From a phage: a stretch of DNA of 45,054 nucleotides. The stretch lies in the sequence record PZ445537.1; one strand, written 5' to 3'. The translations under genes were made by a program, and so were the position numbers. Positions 9,801-18,005 of this stretch are shown piece after piece. The first letter of the stretch is position 1. The number at the start of each line of letters is the position of its first letter. The notes under the pieces were generated by a model that worked only from the letters and a program-made list of their open reading frames with translations, was not told the DNA's origin and made no database searches.

Positions 9801-9971
9801 GTTTATGCCCCAGTCAGCATCAGCCAGCAGGGGGGAGACGGAAGCATAAATCAGGCGAACGCCACAGGGACGGCGAAACAGCTGCAGGCGATTGTTCAGC
9901 AGACAATCACCGAGCGACTGAAAAAAGAAATGTCCGCAGGCGGCGTGCTTTATTCGAGGAGGACACAGTGA
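6834..9971 (+). CDS. H: tail tape measure protein gpH
   Basis: 1045 aa; long collinear blocks match lambda gpH as recalled (LLTLQA-L-TLE-H, LW-E-QF-VL-EAA-RRQL-AQEKSLLAHK-ETLEYKRQLA-LGDKV, GGKYEPAG-VHRGEFVFTKE-TSRIGV-NLYRLMRGYA); RBS AGGAGG; start overlaps T stop. Confidence 0.95.
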   Translation: MAQQISDLVINLDVDSATFSEQVARIKGQLTGMAEDSEKVQTRMQRASERQAAAFKTVGDAGAAAAADMKSRQSAATEGLTKDWQNVSRSVDETHRRVTELNQRMRENDGQAAALARRQDELAASFFRQIDGVRQLNGETQSLANVQARFRAARAQGNITQQDYLALISRTTARQKELQIVEEKSAAARTRFLSQLKQQVAEQKLSGTELLRMKAAQVGASDAAEVYIRKLEAAKVATHGLGLQSAAARQELGVLIGEVMRGNFGALRGSGITLANRAGWIDQLLSLRGLGIAGLVGGIAAAVFGLGKAWYDGSKESEEFNRQLILTGNYAGKTSGQLQALARSLAGNGITQHAAAGVLAQVVGSGAFSGNDVSMVSNVAARLQQATGQAVDETINQFKRLKDDPVNAVATLNDSLHFLTATQYEQIASAQALGDSQKAAELAMRAYSDAVIQRAGAVEDNLGTLEKAWNWVKNAASGAWDAMLGVGRNPDTAMKRQDSFAEWQAAEKEYRALSSNLKVDPDYAGNNVLQKADAERLRNARQQVELKKQAYDLADQQYAQEGLAAAREKMRTDQQAQAIRNQQQFNQLVESGATAAEKRASAEKKLSQLIEKNRQDAKDGVATLWTEKDIAAARAGIEKQWKDPKTPKGKSYATPAGDKAEEKAQAELLTLQAQLKTLEQHTSVNDVISKQRQDLWQTENQFTVLQEAAGRRQLTAQEKSLLAHKEETLEYKRQLADLGDKVASQQKLNQLADQAVKFEQQQKAARAGLQAQSEGVSTREAGRQTTLQRLSESYSYNPQAQQKVLEEQRATFEAEDALRANWLAGAKQGWAEYQDSATNVFSSVQQISQATFSGLAGQLTSLTTTGKASFRDFTSSILKMIVSVINQLLVAYTIQSAMGWVSGGAKTSSAGQSFAVPSFRPQGYDVGGFTGHGGKYEPAGVVHRGEFVFTKESTSRIGVANLYRLMRGYASGGLVGSGSAAGAGMGGINVYAPVSISQQGGDGSINQANATGTAKQLQAIVQQTITERLKKEMSAGGVLYSRRTQ

Positions 9972-10306
9972 CGGATACGTTTACCTGGCGCACGAGAAAA
10001 ACAGCGCAGGGCACTGAAACTGCCCGAACGCTGCAGGCCCAGTTCGGGGATGGCTACAAACAGATAGCAGGGATGGGGATCAACGACAAACAGGAAACGT
10101 GGAACCTGGACTGGACGGGCACCAGACAGGAGGCGGCTGCGCTGCGCGCTTTTCTGATGTCTCACGTTACTAAATCGTTCTGGTGGACCACTCCATGGGG
10201 TGAAAAAAAGCTGTTCAGAATGAAGGCCGATTCGTTCAGCGTTTCTTTCCCTACCGGGAAAAAAGCCACTGTGGCCTTCACTTTTGAACAGGCGTTCGCA
10301 CCCTGA
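9968..10306 (+). CDS. M: minor tail protein gpM
   Basis: 112 aa, GTG start overlapping the H stop (GTGA); FGDGY-Q and SFWWTTPW blocks match lambda gpM. Confidence 0.85.
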   Translation: MTDTFTWRTRKTAQGTETARTLQAQFGDGYKQIAGMGINDKQETWNLDWTGTRQEAAALRAFLMSHVTKSFWWTTPWGEKKLFRMKADSFSVSFPTGKKATVAFTFEQAFAP

Positions 10307-10327
10307 TTTTCTCGACAAACACTGAAA

Positions 10328-10350
10328 GCTGCCTCCGGGCGGCTTTTTTT
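10328..10350 (+). terminator. terminator-like hairpin between M and L
   Basis: GCTGCC-TCCG-GGCGGC stem-loop (one G-U pair) 10328-10343 followed by TTTTTTT 10344-10350. Confidence 0.4.
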
Positions 10351-10361
10351 ATGGGGGGAGT

Positions 10362-11099
10362 ATGAGTTTTACGGCAGACATCCAACAGCTTGAGCCCGGC
10401 AGCGTTATTCAGCTGATTGAGATCGACGGCACTGAATACGGTATGGATCAGGTGCTGCGTTTTCATGCGCACAATATTCAGGAAGAGGGGTGGGCAGCCT
10501 TCGCTGCAGAAAATCTGCCCGCCATTATCTGGCAGGGAAACCAGTACGATCCCCATCCCTACGAACTGAAGGGGATGGAGTTGTCGAGTACAGGTTCCCA
10601 GCCAACGCCCACGCTGTCCGTCGGGAACGTCGGAAACTATGTCACCGCGCTGTGTCTTGAATATGACGATATGGTCAGGGCTAAGGTCAAAATCCATACC
10701 ACGCTTTCGAAGTATCTCGATGCCGCCAACTGGAAAAACGGTAATCCGGGTGCCAGCCCGGCCGATGAGCGCGTTCAGCTCTTTTACGTCAATGCTAAAA
10801 CCGCAGAGACGCGGGTACAGGTTGATTTCGAACTGTGTTCACCTTTCGATATTCAGAGCCTGCAGCTGCCTACACGGCAGATTACGCCTGTCTGCACCTG
10901 GTGTATGCGGGGCTGGTACCGAAGCGGGACCGGATGCGATTACAACGGCACGAAATACTTTACCAAAGACGGTATGCCGACCGATGACCCGTCGAAAGAC
11001 GTTTGTGGCGGCCGTCGGCTGGATTGTCAGGATCGTCACGGCCCGGACGCGCCGCTGCCGTTCGGTGGTTTTCCGGCCGCTAACCTGCAGGGAAAATAA
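10362..11099 (+). CDS. L: minor tail protein gpL (Cys-cluster tail tip protein)
   Basis: 245 aa; C-terminal cysteine cluster (CTWCMRGW-C-DVCGG-C) and overall layout match lambda gpL; RBS GGGGGAG. Confidence 0.9.
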   Translation: MSFTADIQQLEPGSVIQLIEIDGTEYGMDQVLRFHAHNIQEEGWAAFAAENLPAIIWQGNQYDPHPYELKGMELSSTGSQPTPTLSVGNVGNYVTALCLEYDDMVRAKVKIHTTLSKYLDAANWKNGNPGASPADERVQLFYVNAKTAETRVQVDFELCSPFDIQSLQLPTRQITPVCTWCMRGWYRSGTGCDYNGTKYFTKDGMPTDDPSKDVCGGRRLDCQDRHGPDAPLPFGGFPAANLQGK

Positions 11100-11101
11100 A
11101 G

Positions 11102-11821
11102 ATGCGTGAAAAATTGCTGGATGCTATCCGTCAGCACGTCGCTGCTGAATACCCCAAAGAAGCCTGCGGTCTGATTGTTCAGTCAGGCCAGCAGCAAATC
11201 TTTATTCCCTGCCGCAACATTGCAGATAAGCCTGAGGAGACATTCACGCTCTCCCCGGAAGATCAGCTCGCTGCCCGCGCGCGCGGTGAGATCATCATGC
11301 TCATTCATTCCCATCCGGATGTGGTTCGGCTGGTGCCCTCGGAGCTGGACCGGATCCAGTGCGACTGGTCGGGGATTGAGTGGGGGATCATGTCCTGGCC
11401 GGACGGGGATTTTTGTACGATTTCCCCGCGTGAAGACCGGGATTATGCCGGGCGGCAGTGGGTACTGGGTTACGCCGACTGCTGGTCGCTTATCCGTGAA
11501 TTTTATCTGCGCGAATACGGCATTGTTCTCGGGAACTATTCAGTACCTTACGAATGGTGGGAGAGCGGCAAGGAACGGCTCTACGACGACAACTGGGAGC
11601 GTGAGGGATTTGTTGAGATTGCCGCCGGTGCAATGCAGCCCGGGGACATCATCATGATGAGTGTGCAGGCATCGGTGACTAATCATGCCGCGGTATATGT
11701 GGGTGACAACATCATTCTCCATCATCTTTTCGGGCACCTTTCTTCGCGAACGCCTTATGGAAAATATTATCGCGACAGAACGGTCCGGGTGGTCAGGCAT
11801 AAGGACAGAATGCATGGTTAA
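11102..11821 (+). CDS. K: tail assembly protein gpK (JAB/MPN plus NlpC/P60-like)
   Basis: 239 aa; JAMM-type HSHP motif with upstream Cys/Glu, then a C-terminal Cys/His segment; position and content match lambda gpK. Confidence 0.85.
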   Translation: MREKLLDAIRQHVAAEYPKEACGLIVQSGQQQIFIPCRNIADKPEETFTLSPEDQLAARARGEIIMLIHSHPDVVRLVPSELDRIQCDWSGIEWGIMSWPDGDFCTISPREDRDYAGRQWVLGYADCWSLIREFYLREYGIVLGNYSVPYEWWESGKERLYDDNWEREGFVEIAAGAMQPGDIIMMSVQASVTNHAAVYVGDNIILHHLFGHLSSRTPYGKYYRDRTVRVVRHKDRMHG

Positions 11822-12431
11822 GACGCTTATTCTCGAAGGGAAAATGGCTAAAAAATTCGGTAAACGCGTTCAGTTTGACGTTGCCGACCTGCGCGAAATG
11901 CTCAGGGCCATGTGTTCACAGGTTCCCGGATTCAAAAAATACATGTCGGAAGCTCATATGAAGGGGATCCGTTTCGCCTTTTTTAACGGCGACAACAATA
12001 TCGGGCTAGAAGAGTTTGATATGACCCGCGGTGGAAGCGTGTATCGGATCGTGCCCGTTTATGAGGGGGCCAAAAGTTCGGGCGTCCTTCAGATAGTTGT
12101 CGGCGCTGTTGCGCTGGTCGCTGCATTCTTTACCGCTGGTGCGAGCATGGCAGCCTGGGGGGCGGCCATGAGTGCAACAGCCATCAGCGCCACGTCAATT
12201 CTGACCGGGGTTGGGGTGTCAATGATGCTGGGCGGCGTTGTCCAGATGCTCACACCCCAGCCATCCTTCGGCGCGGGTAAATCCTCCAGCACGGACAACA
12301 CGCCTAACTATGCCTTCGGGGCGCCGGTCAATACCGTCGCTATGGGGCATCCTGTCCCCCTGGCCTACGGTCTGATCGAGGCTGGGGGAGCGATAGTCAG
12401 CGCCGGTATGTACTCGAGCGATCAGCAATAG
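11814..12431 (+). CDS. I: tail assembly protein gpI
   Basis: 205 aa from ATG 11814 (overlaps the K stop); the hydrophobic Gly/Ala block AGAKSSGVLQIVVGAVALVAAFFTAGASMAAWGAA...LGGVVQML matches lambda gpI. Confidence 0.85.
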   Translation: MVKTLILEGKMAKKFGKRVQFDVADLREMLRAMCSQVPGFKKYMSEAHMKGIRFAFFNGDNNIGLEEFDMTRGGSVYRIVPVYEGAKSSGVLQIVVGAVALVAAFFTAGASMAAWGAAMSATAISATSILTGVGVSMMLGGVVQMLTPQPSFGAGKSSSTDNTPNYAFGAPVNTVAMGHPVPLAYGLIEAGGAIVSAGMYSSDQQ

Positions 12432-12510
12432 TGAAATGCAACCGAATAAGATGAACGTTACATTGCAATCTCCCTTGGTTATCATGTCCAAAACGATGTC
12501 GATCAAGGAG

Positions 12511-12993
12511 ATGAAAGTGAAAAAATACGGTTTGGTCTTATTTGGTGTGCTCTTTATTTCAGGTTGTGCCCCACAAAATCAGAATAACAATTTACAAAAG
12601 CAATACGCTGATTTAGCAAATTGTGAAGATAACATTACGATGCCAAAACAAATGCCGCATAGTAAAAAGGAGTTTGCGGACTTTTTATCTAAGGCTGCGC
12701 TTAATGCCTCGGCAGATCAGTTTGTTATTCAGAAGCGTATAGAGATTCTTCAATTAGTTGGATGGGATAATTCGGTAGCTGATGCAATAACAACATGTAG
12801 CGCCACCAGAAAGAGCAAGCTTAAAGAAATTGGGGCGAATGTGTTTGAAACCATGAAAGCCAATACTAAAGACACAGAGGAACGTCGTGCTCTTGTTGAG
12901 GCTTATAGTTCGTGGGAAGCTTATGTAACCAGTCAAACGCCACTCGCAAAACAGGACTTTGACTCAAAAGTTAGTTATTACAAAAACATGTAA
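12511..12993 (+). CDS. lipoprotein moron (function unknown)
   Basis: Signal peptide with lipobox (MKVKKYGLVLFGVLFISGC); RBS AAGGAG at 12504-12509 (GTG 12517 is an alternative start); the gene is visibly AT-rich compared with flanking tail genes; inserted between I and J where lambda has none; own terminator follows. Confidence 0.7.
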   Translation: MKVKKYGLVLFGVLFISGCAPQNQNNNLQKQYADLANCEDNITMPKQMPHSKKEFADFLSKAALNASADQFVIQKRIEILQLVGWDNSVADAITTCSATRKSKLKEIGANVFETMKANTKDTEERRALVEAYSSWEAYVTSQTPLAKQDFDSKVSYYKNM

Positions 12994-13023
12994 TAAGACG
13001 CCATCATTAATACTAACAAATAA

Positions 13024-13045
13024 CCCAGCTCAGGCTGGGTTTTTT
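13024..13045 (+). terminator. intrinsic terminator after lipoprotein moron
   Basis: Perfect hairpin CCCAGC-TCAG-GCTGGG (13024-13039) followed by TTTTTT (13040-13045), directly before the J start. Confidence 0.65.
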
Positions 13046-13057
13046 AATGGGGTAAAA

Positions 13058-16000
13058 ATGCAACTTCTCCATGGTGAAACCATCATACAGGGTGCAAAAG
13101 GGGGCGGTGGAAGCGCGCATACTCCGGTTGAGCAACCTGACGATCTGCTGTCGGTCGCAAAATTAAAAATGCTCATTGCCGTTTCTGAGGGGGAAATACA
13201 GGGCGACCTGACCGCTCAGAATATTTTTCTCAACGATACGCCGCTGGCAAACGACAGCGGGGATTACAACTTCAGCGGCGTGAAATGGGAGTTCCGGAAG
13301 GGCACACAGGACCAGACCTATATTGCCGGGATGCCCCAGGTCGATAACGAGCTGGCGGTTGGCACAACTGTCACCACCACCGCGCCATGGACACGCCAGT
13401 TTACCAATCTTTCCCTGGATGCCATCCGCATCAAGCTCAGCCTTCCGGTCCAGTATCTCTATAAAGATAACGGCGATATGGTGGGCACGGTCACCGAGTA
13501 TGCGATCGATTTATCAACGGATGGCGGCGCCTGGAAAACGGTTGTAAACGGCAAGTTTGACGGAAAGACCACGACGGAATATCAGCGTGACCACCGTATC
13601 GATCTGCCAAAATCCACGTCCGGCTGGTCTGTCAGGGTCAGGCGTATTACGGCTGATGCCAGCGGATCAAATTCGAAACTGGTTAACGCCTTCAAGGTGT
13701 TTTCGTATGCAGAAGTCATCGACAGCAAGCTTCGTTATCCTTTAACCGCGCTCCTGTATGTCGAAGTGGACAGCAGCCAGTTCAACGGCAGCGCGCCGAA
13801 AGTGACCTGTAAGATAAAAGGCAAGCTGATTAAGGTTCCGGATAATTACGATCCGACAACCCGAACCTATTCTGGCTCATGGTCCGGCGGGTTCAAAATG
13901 GCCTGGTCCAATAACCCCGCCTGGATATTTTACGATCTGGTTCTGGATGAAATTTACGGCATGGGCACGCGCGTGGATGCGTCCATGGTGGATAAGTGGG
14001 CGCTGTATTCAATCGCCCAGTACTGTGACGAAATGGTTTCCGACGGGGCCGGTGGCACCGAACCGCGTTTCACCTGCAACGTTTTCATTCAGAGCCAGGA
14101 GGACGCCTGGCAGGTACTTAACGATCTCGCCGCGGTATTCCGTGGAATAACGTTCTGGGGCAACGATCAGATTTATGTCCAGGCAGACGTCCCGCAGGAC
14201 GATGTTGACTGGGTTTATAACGTCTCAAACGTTATCGATGGGCTGTTTACTTATGCGGGCGGCTCATACAAGAATCGCTACAGCTCCTGCCTGGTGTCCT
14301 GGTCCGATCCGCAGAACCATTACAGCGATACCGTTGAGGGGGTTTACGATTCGGCGCTTGTAGAACGTTACGACGTCCGGCAGACGTCCCTGACCGCAAT
14401 CGGCTGCACCTCGCAAAGTGAAGCGCACCGACGCGGTCGCTGGGTATTGCTCTCCAATGCCAAAGACGGGACCGTATCGTTTGGCGTGGGGCTGGACGGT
14501 TATATCCCTTTGCCCGCTGAAATTATCGGTGTCGCCGATCCTTTCCGCTCTGGTAAGGAGAACGGGGGCCGCATAAGCGCGGTCAACGGCCGCCAGATTA
14601 CCCTCGATCGAGAAGTAGACTACGCGGCGAAAGACCGGCTGGTGGTTAACCTTCCCGACGGAAAAGCCCAGACGCGGACAATCAGCGCGGTGAGCGCCGA
14701 TAAAAAAACGGTGACGGTGGCTACGGCATTCAGTCAGGTTCCTGTGGCGGGCGCTGTCTGGGCGATAGACAGTGATAACCTCGCAATACAGTACTTCAGG
14801 GTCACCTCAATCGCGGCTAACGACGACAGCACAGGCGGTTTCACTATTACGGCCGTTCAGCACGATCCAAACAAATATCGTTACATCGATGACGGCGTTC
14901 GGGTCGAGTCTCCCCCGATCACCGTCACGCCGATAAGCGTCCTGTCTGCTCCGGAGAATATCGTGGTGACTGAGAGCGATCATGTGTCTCAGGGGCTGAC
15001 TGTAGCAAGCCTGGACGTGTCATGGGATAAGGTAGAGGGCGCAATTCGGTATGTTGCCCAGTGGCGTAAGGACAACGGGGACTGGATAAACGTTCCGGTT
15101 ACCAGCGCGCAGGGTTTCTCGGTTCAGGGCATTTATTCGGGCAGCTATGACGTGCGCGTACGGGCGCTGAATGCGCAGGATACGTCGTCACCATGGGGAT
15201 ACGGTGAAACAACTTATCTCTCCGGTAAAACGGGAAAACCGGGTACTCCGCTCAACTTCCTGGCGACCGAAGATGTGGTCTGGCATATCGACCTGACCTG
15301 GAAATTTCCGGATGGCTCAGGCGACACGGCCTATACAGAGATTCAGCGCGCCACAACTGCCGACTACGCCAATCCTGAACTGCTGGTCCTGGTGCCGTAC
15401 CCGGCTGCAGATTATCAGCATGGCCCCATGCCTGCCGGCGTTCGCCAGTGGTACCGCGCGCGCCTGATTGACCGTATCGGTAACGCCGGGGACTGGACCG
15501 ACTGGATCATGGGCACGTCCTCGATAGATGTCAGCGAAATAACCAATGACATTCTGGAGGATATGAAAGAGTCGGAAACGTTTAAAGACCTGATCGAGAA
15601 TGCAGTGGACAGCAATGAAAAAATTGCTGGCATGGCTAACGATATCAAACAGGCCAACGACGAACTGGAGCAGCAGGCGAAGGATATCGCCAAAAATGCC
15701 CAGGACGTCGGGAAGGTTCAGACCAGCGTTAATGAGCTTTCGAGCACGGTCGGGAATGTTTCGTCTTCACTCAGTCAGCTTGAGCAGACCGTTGCGACGG
15801 CTGATACCGCCCTGGGCCAGCGAATCGACAACATCAGCGTTTCTATGGACGGCATGACGGGCGGGGTGAAGAACTCAGCCATTGCCATTATCCAGAACGG
15901 GCTAGCGCAGGTGGCTGCGCGTAAAACCCTTTCTGCATCGGTCGCCGGCAACAGCGCGAATCTGGACCGTATTGATGAGGTGATTGTCAACGACAGGGAG

Positions 16001-16618
16001 GCAACGGCGCGCTCGCTGCTGAGCCTGCAGACGGACGTCAACGGCAACAAGGCATCCATCAACAGCCTGAACCAGACGTTCTCCGATTACCAGCAGGCTA
16101 TGGCCACGCAAGTAAACAGCATCACGGCGACGGTGAACGGGCATACCTCTGCCATCACAACTAACGCTCAGGCGATAGCTAACGTAAACGGCGACCTCAG
16201 CGCGATGTACAACATCAAGGTTGGTGTCTCCAGCAACGGGCAGTATTACGCCGCGGGAATGGGTATCGGAGTGGAGAATACGCCATCCGGCATGCAGTCG
16301 CAGGTTATCTTCCTGGCTGACCGCTTCGCCGTCACCACGGCAGCCGGAAACAGCGTGGCTCTGCCGTTCGTGATCCAGAACGGGCAGACATTCATTCGGG
16401 CCAGCTTCATTCAGGACGGCACCATTGAGAACGCCAAAATCGGCAACTATATCCAGTCGAATAACTATGTGGCTGGTTCTTCCGGCTGGAAGCTTGATAA
16501 GGGAGGGACGTTCGAAATTAACGGCGTGGCCGGGGGCGGGAGGATGCTGATATCCAGCACTCTCATTCGTATCTACGACAGCAACAACGTGCTGCGCGTC
16601 AGAATGGGGTTATGGTAA
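13058..16618 (+). CDS. J: tip attachment / host specificity protein gpJ
   Basis: 1186 aa from ATG 13058 (track ORF from 12959 would span the moron terminator). N-terminal two-thirds collinear with lambda gpJ (GGTEPRFTCN, WALYSIAQYCD, ITAVQHDP); C-terminal ~400 aa divergent and coiled-coil-rich. Confidence 0.9.
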   Translation: MQLLHGETIIQGAKGGGGSAHTPVEQPDDLLSVAKLKMLIAVSEGEIQGDLTAQNIFLNDTPLANDSGDYNFSGVKWEFRKGTQDQTYIAGMPQVDNELAVGTTVTTTAPWTRQFTNLSLDAIRIKLSLPVQYLYKDNGDMVGTVTEYAIDLSTDGGAWKTVVNGKFDGKTTTEYQRDHRIDLPKSTSGWSVRVRRITADASGSNSKLVNAFKVFSYAEVIDSKLRYPLTALLYVEVDSSQFNGSAPKVTCKIKGKLIKVPDNYDPTTRTYSGSWSGGFKMAWSNNPAWIFYDLVLDEIYGMGTRVDASMVDKWALYSIAQYCDEMVSDGAGGTEPRFTCNVFIQSQEDAWQVLNDLAAVFRGITFWGNDQIYVQADVPQDDVDWVYNVSNVIDGLFTYAGGSYKNRYSSCLVSWSDPQNHYSDTVEGVYDSALVERYDVRQTSLTAIGCTSQSEAHRRGRWVLLSNAKDGTVSFGVGLDGYIPLPAEIIGVADPFRSGKENGGRISAVNGRQITLDREVDYAAKDRLVVNLPDGKAQTRTISAVSADKKTVTVATAFSQVPVAGAVWAIDSDNLAIQYFRVTSIAANDDSTGGFTITAVQHDPNKYRYIDDGVRVESPPITVTPISVLSAPENIVVTESDHVSQGLTVASLDVSWDKVEGAIRYVAQWRKDNGDWINVPVTSAQGFSVQGIYSGSYDVRVRALNAQDTSSPWGYGETTYLSGKTGKPGTPLNFLATEDVVWHIDLTWKFPDGSGDTAYTEIQRATTADYANPELLVLVPYPAADYQHGPMPAGVRQWYRARLIDRIGNAGDWTDWIMGTSSIDVSEITNDILEDMKESETFKDLIENAVDSNEKIAGMANDIKQANDELEQQAKDIAKNAQDVGKVQTSVNELSSTVGNVSSSLSQLEQTVATADTALGQRIDNISVSMDGMTGGVKNSAIAIIQNGLAQVAARKTLSASVAGNSANLDRIDEVIVNDREATARSLLSLQTDVNGNKASINSLNQTFSDYQQAMATQVNSITATVNGHTSAITTNAQAIANVNGDLSAMYNIKVGVSSNGQYYAAGMGIGVENTPSGMQSQVIFLADRFAVTTAAGNSVALPFVIQNGQTFIRASFIQDGTIENAKIGNYIQSNNYVAGSSGWKLDKGGTFEINGVAGGGRMLISSTLIRIYDSNNVLRVRMGLW

Positions 16619-16914
16619 TGCCACAGGGTTTGCAATGTTGGGATAGTGCAGGGCGGGTTGCAGTGGATTTAAGCGATTACGCGGTCCGTTACATGGGCAG
16701 CGCAACTGTTTCGCTTGCTTCAGGAGAGTCGTCAAAAAATGTCGCCTTTTCTGGCGCAACGCAGGACGGGACGTTTGTCACCATCGTTTCAACTGGCGTG
16801 ACTGTAAACGAGTATTTTTGCCGCGCTTATAACGGCGGCTTTACTCTCTACTATCTCCCCACGGGTGGAAGTGCCGCAATCACTCTCAATGTTGAGGTTT
16901 ATAACTTTCAATGA
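16612..16914 (+). CDS. hypothetical protein, translationally coupled to J
   Basis: 100-aa ORF whose ATG overlaps the J stop (ATGGTAA); no recognisable motif. Confidence 0.45.
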   Translation: MVMPQGLQCWDSAGRVAVDLSDYAVRYMGSATVSLASGESSKNVAFSGATQDGTFVTIVSTGVTVNEYFCRAYNGGFTLYYLPTGGSAAITLNVEVYNFQ

Positions 16915-17552
16915 GCGGATTCGAAGTTTACAACAGCGACGGAAAACTGCTGGTGGATTCACAAAACAGATCGACCATGTTTTATGATCAACGCGCGCTG
17001 GGTGCCGTAACCAATAAAGGCTATTACCGTGTTGATAGCCCGTTTGGTGATGGCAGTACACTTGGCACCACTCCTCAGGCATTCTGGAATGACGGGCGCT
17101 TAAGGTGGCTGCAGCTGGGTACGAACAAATACGGTTTTCCGGGTGCTGATATGCTGGAAGATAATGCGGGTAGCATGATCCGAACTGCGCGAAATATTGG
17201 CATCCAGAGCGGCTATCTCGATGTGTTTGATAGTGCCGGAAACCTTATCTGGAGTGCGGCCTCAGCGTCTAAGATGCCGAGAGTATTCGGGTTCTTTGAT
17301 GTGCCAGCGAACTATGACCTGCAGAACAATACGTTCTCAGTAAGTCTCAGTTTCAACCCCTGGATTCTGGTAAATAACTGCCCAGGTAATCTCAGCGATG
17401 ATGGCACGGTTGTAGGGTATTCAGGTGTAGTGCTCAAATGGACTGGCTCGCAGCTGCAGGGCAGATATATATCTAAAAATCAGCGCAACTGGAGCCAGAC
17501 ATTTCAGGGTAGGGGATTACGAATCCCCATTGCTCAGTTTGTCGGTATTTGA
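16911..17552 (+). CDS. hypothetical protein, coupled to upstream ORF
   Basis: 213-aa ORF starting at an ATGA overlap (16911-16914); no recognisable motif; possible tail-tip accessory by position. Confidence 0.5.
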   Translation: MSGFEVYNSDGKLLVDSQNRSTMFYDQRALGAVTNKGYYRVDSPFGDGSTLGTTPQAFWNDGRLRWLQLGTNKYGFPGADMLEDNAGSMIRTARNIGIQSGYLDVFDSAGNLIWSAASASKMPRVFGFFDVPANYDLQNNTFSVSLSFNPWILVNNCPGNLSDDGTVVGYSGVVLKWTGSQLQGRYISKNQRNWSQTFQGRGLRIPIAQFVGI

Positions 17553-17879
17553 CTCAGGGGGAACGCGAGGATACTGCGTGGCAATCATGTTTTGTCTCAC
17601 GCCTTTCGCTGCGTTGAAGCGATAAACAACATCCAGTTTATCGGTTTTTTTATAGCAAATATTACTGAGCCGCTTATTTACATGGCGGCTAAATATTCCA
17701 TTGCTGCTGTCAGAAATAACCGTCATTTCTCGCGTGGCGCAGTCAATATTAACGTGAATATCACCGCCCAATGATAAACGGGCAGCGTCAACCGGATAAT
17801 CCATTCTGAATGCGTTGTCTGTGTGTTTACTGGAACAGCCAGCCAGCAGCAAAAATATTGCAGCAAATAATCGTTTCAT
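17517..17879 (-). CDS. lipoprotein (reverse-strand moron)
   Basis: 120 aa; signal peptide with lipobox (MKRLFAAIFLLLAGCSS); RBS AGGAA 8 nt upstream; opposite strand to the tail operon, 3' end converges on the previous gene by 36 nt. Confidence 0.6.
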   Translation of the reverse strand: MKRLFAAIFLLLAGCSSKHTDNAFRMDYPVDAARLSLGGDIHVNIDCATREMTVISDSSNGIFSRHVNKRLSNICYKKTDKLDVVYRFNAAKGVRQNMIATQYPRVPPESNTDKLSNGDS

Positions 17880-17949
17880 TTCTACATTCCTGTAAATGCG
17901 GGAATATCCATTTTATTAGAGTTTAAAAAATAGTCAGATTGATATGAGC

Positions 17950-17984
17950 GATCAATTTTACATGATTGATCGTTTCAAACGATC
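17950..17984. promoter_or_regulatory. compound palindrome in divergent intergenic region
   Basis: GATCAAT-N8-ATTGATC (17950-17971) overlapping GATCGTTT-C-AAACGATC (17968-17984), between the reverse lipoprotein start (17879) and the tail fibre start (18006); three GATC sites. Confidence 0.4.
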
Positions 17985-18005
17985 GTTATTATCGTGAGGT
18001 AGTTC

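Noticed and set aside
12959-13057. J starting at the track position 12959
   Set aside because: That start would overlap the lipoprotein stop and read through the 13024-13045 terminator; ATG 13058 just after the terminator gives an N-terminus that aligns with lambda gpJ.
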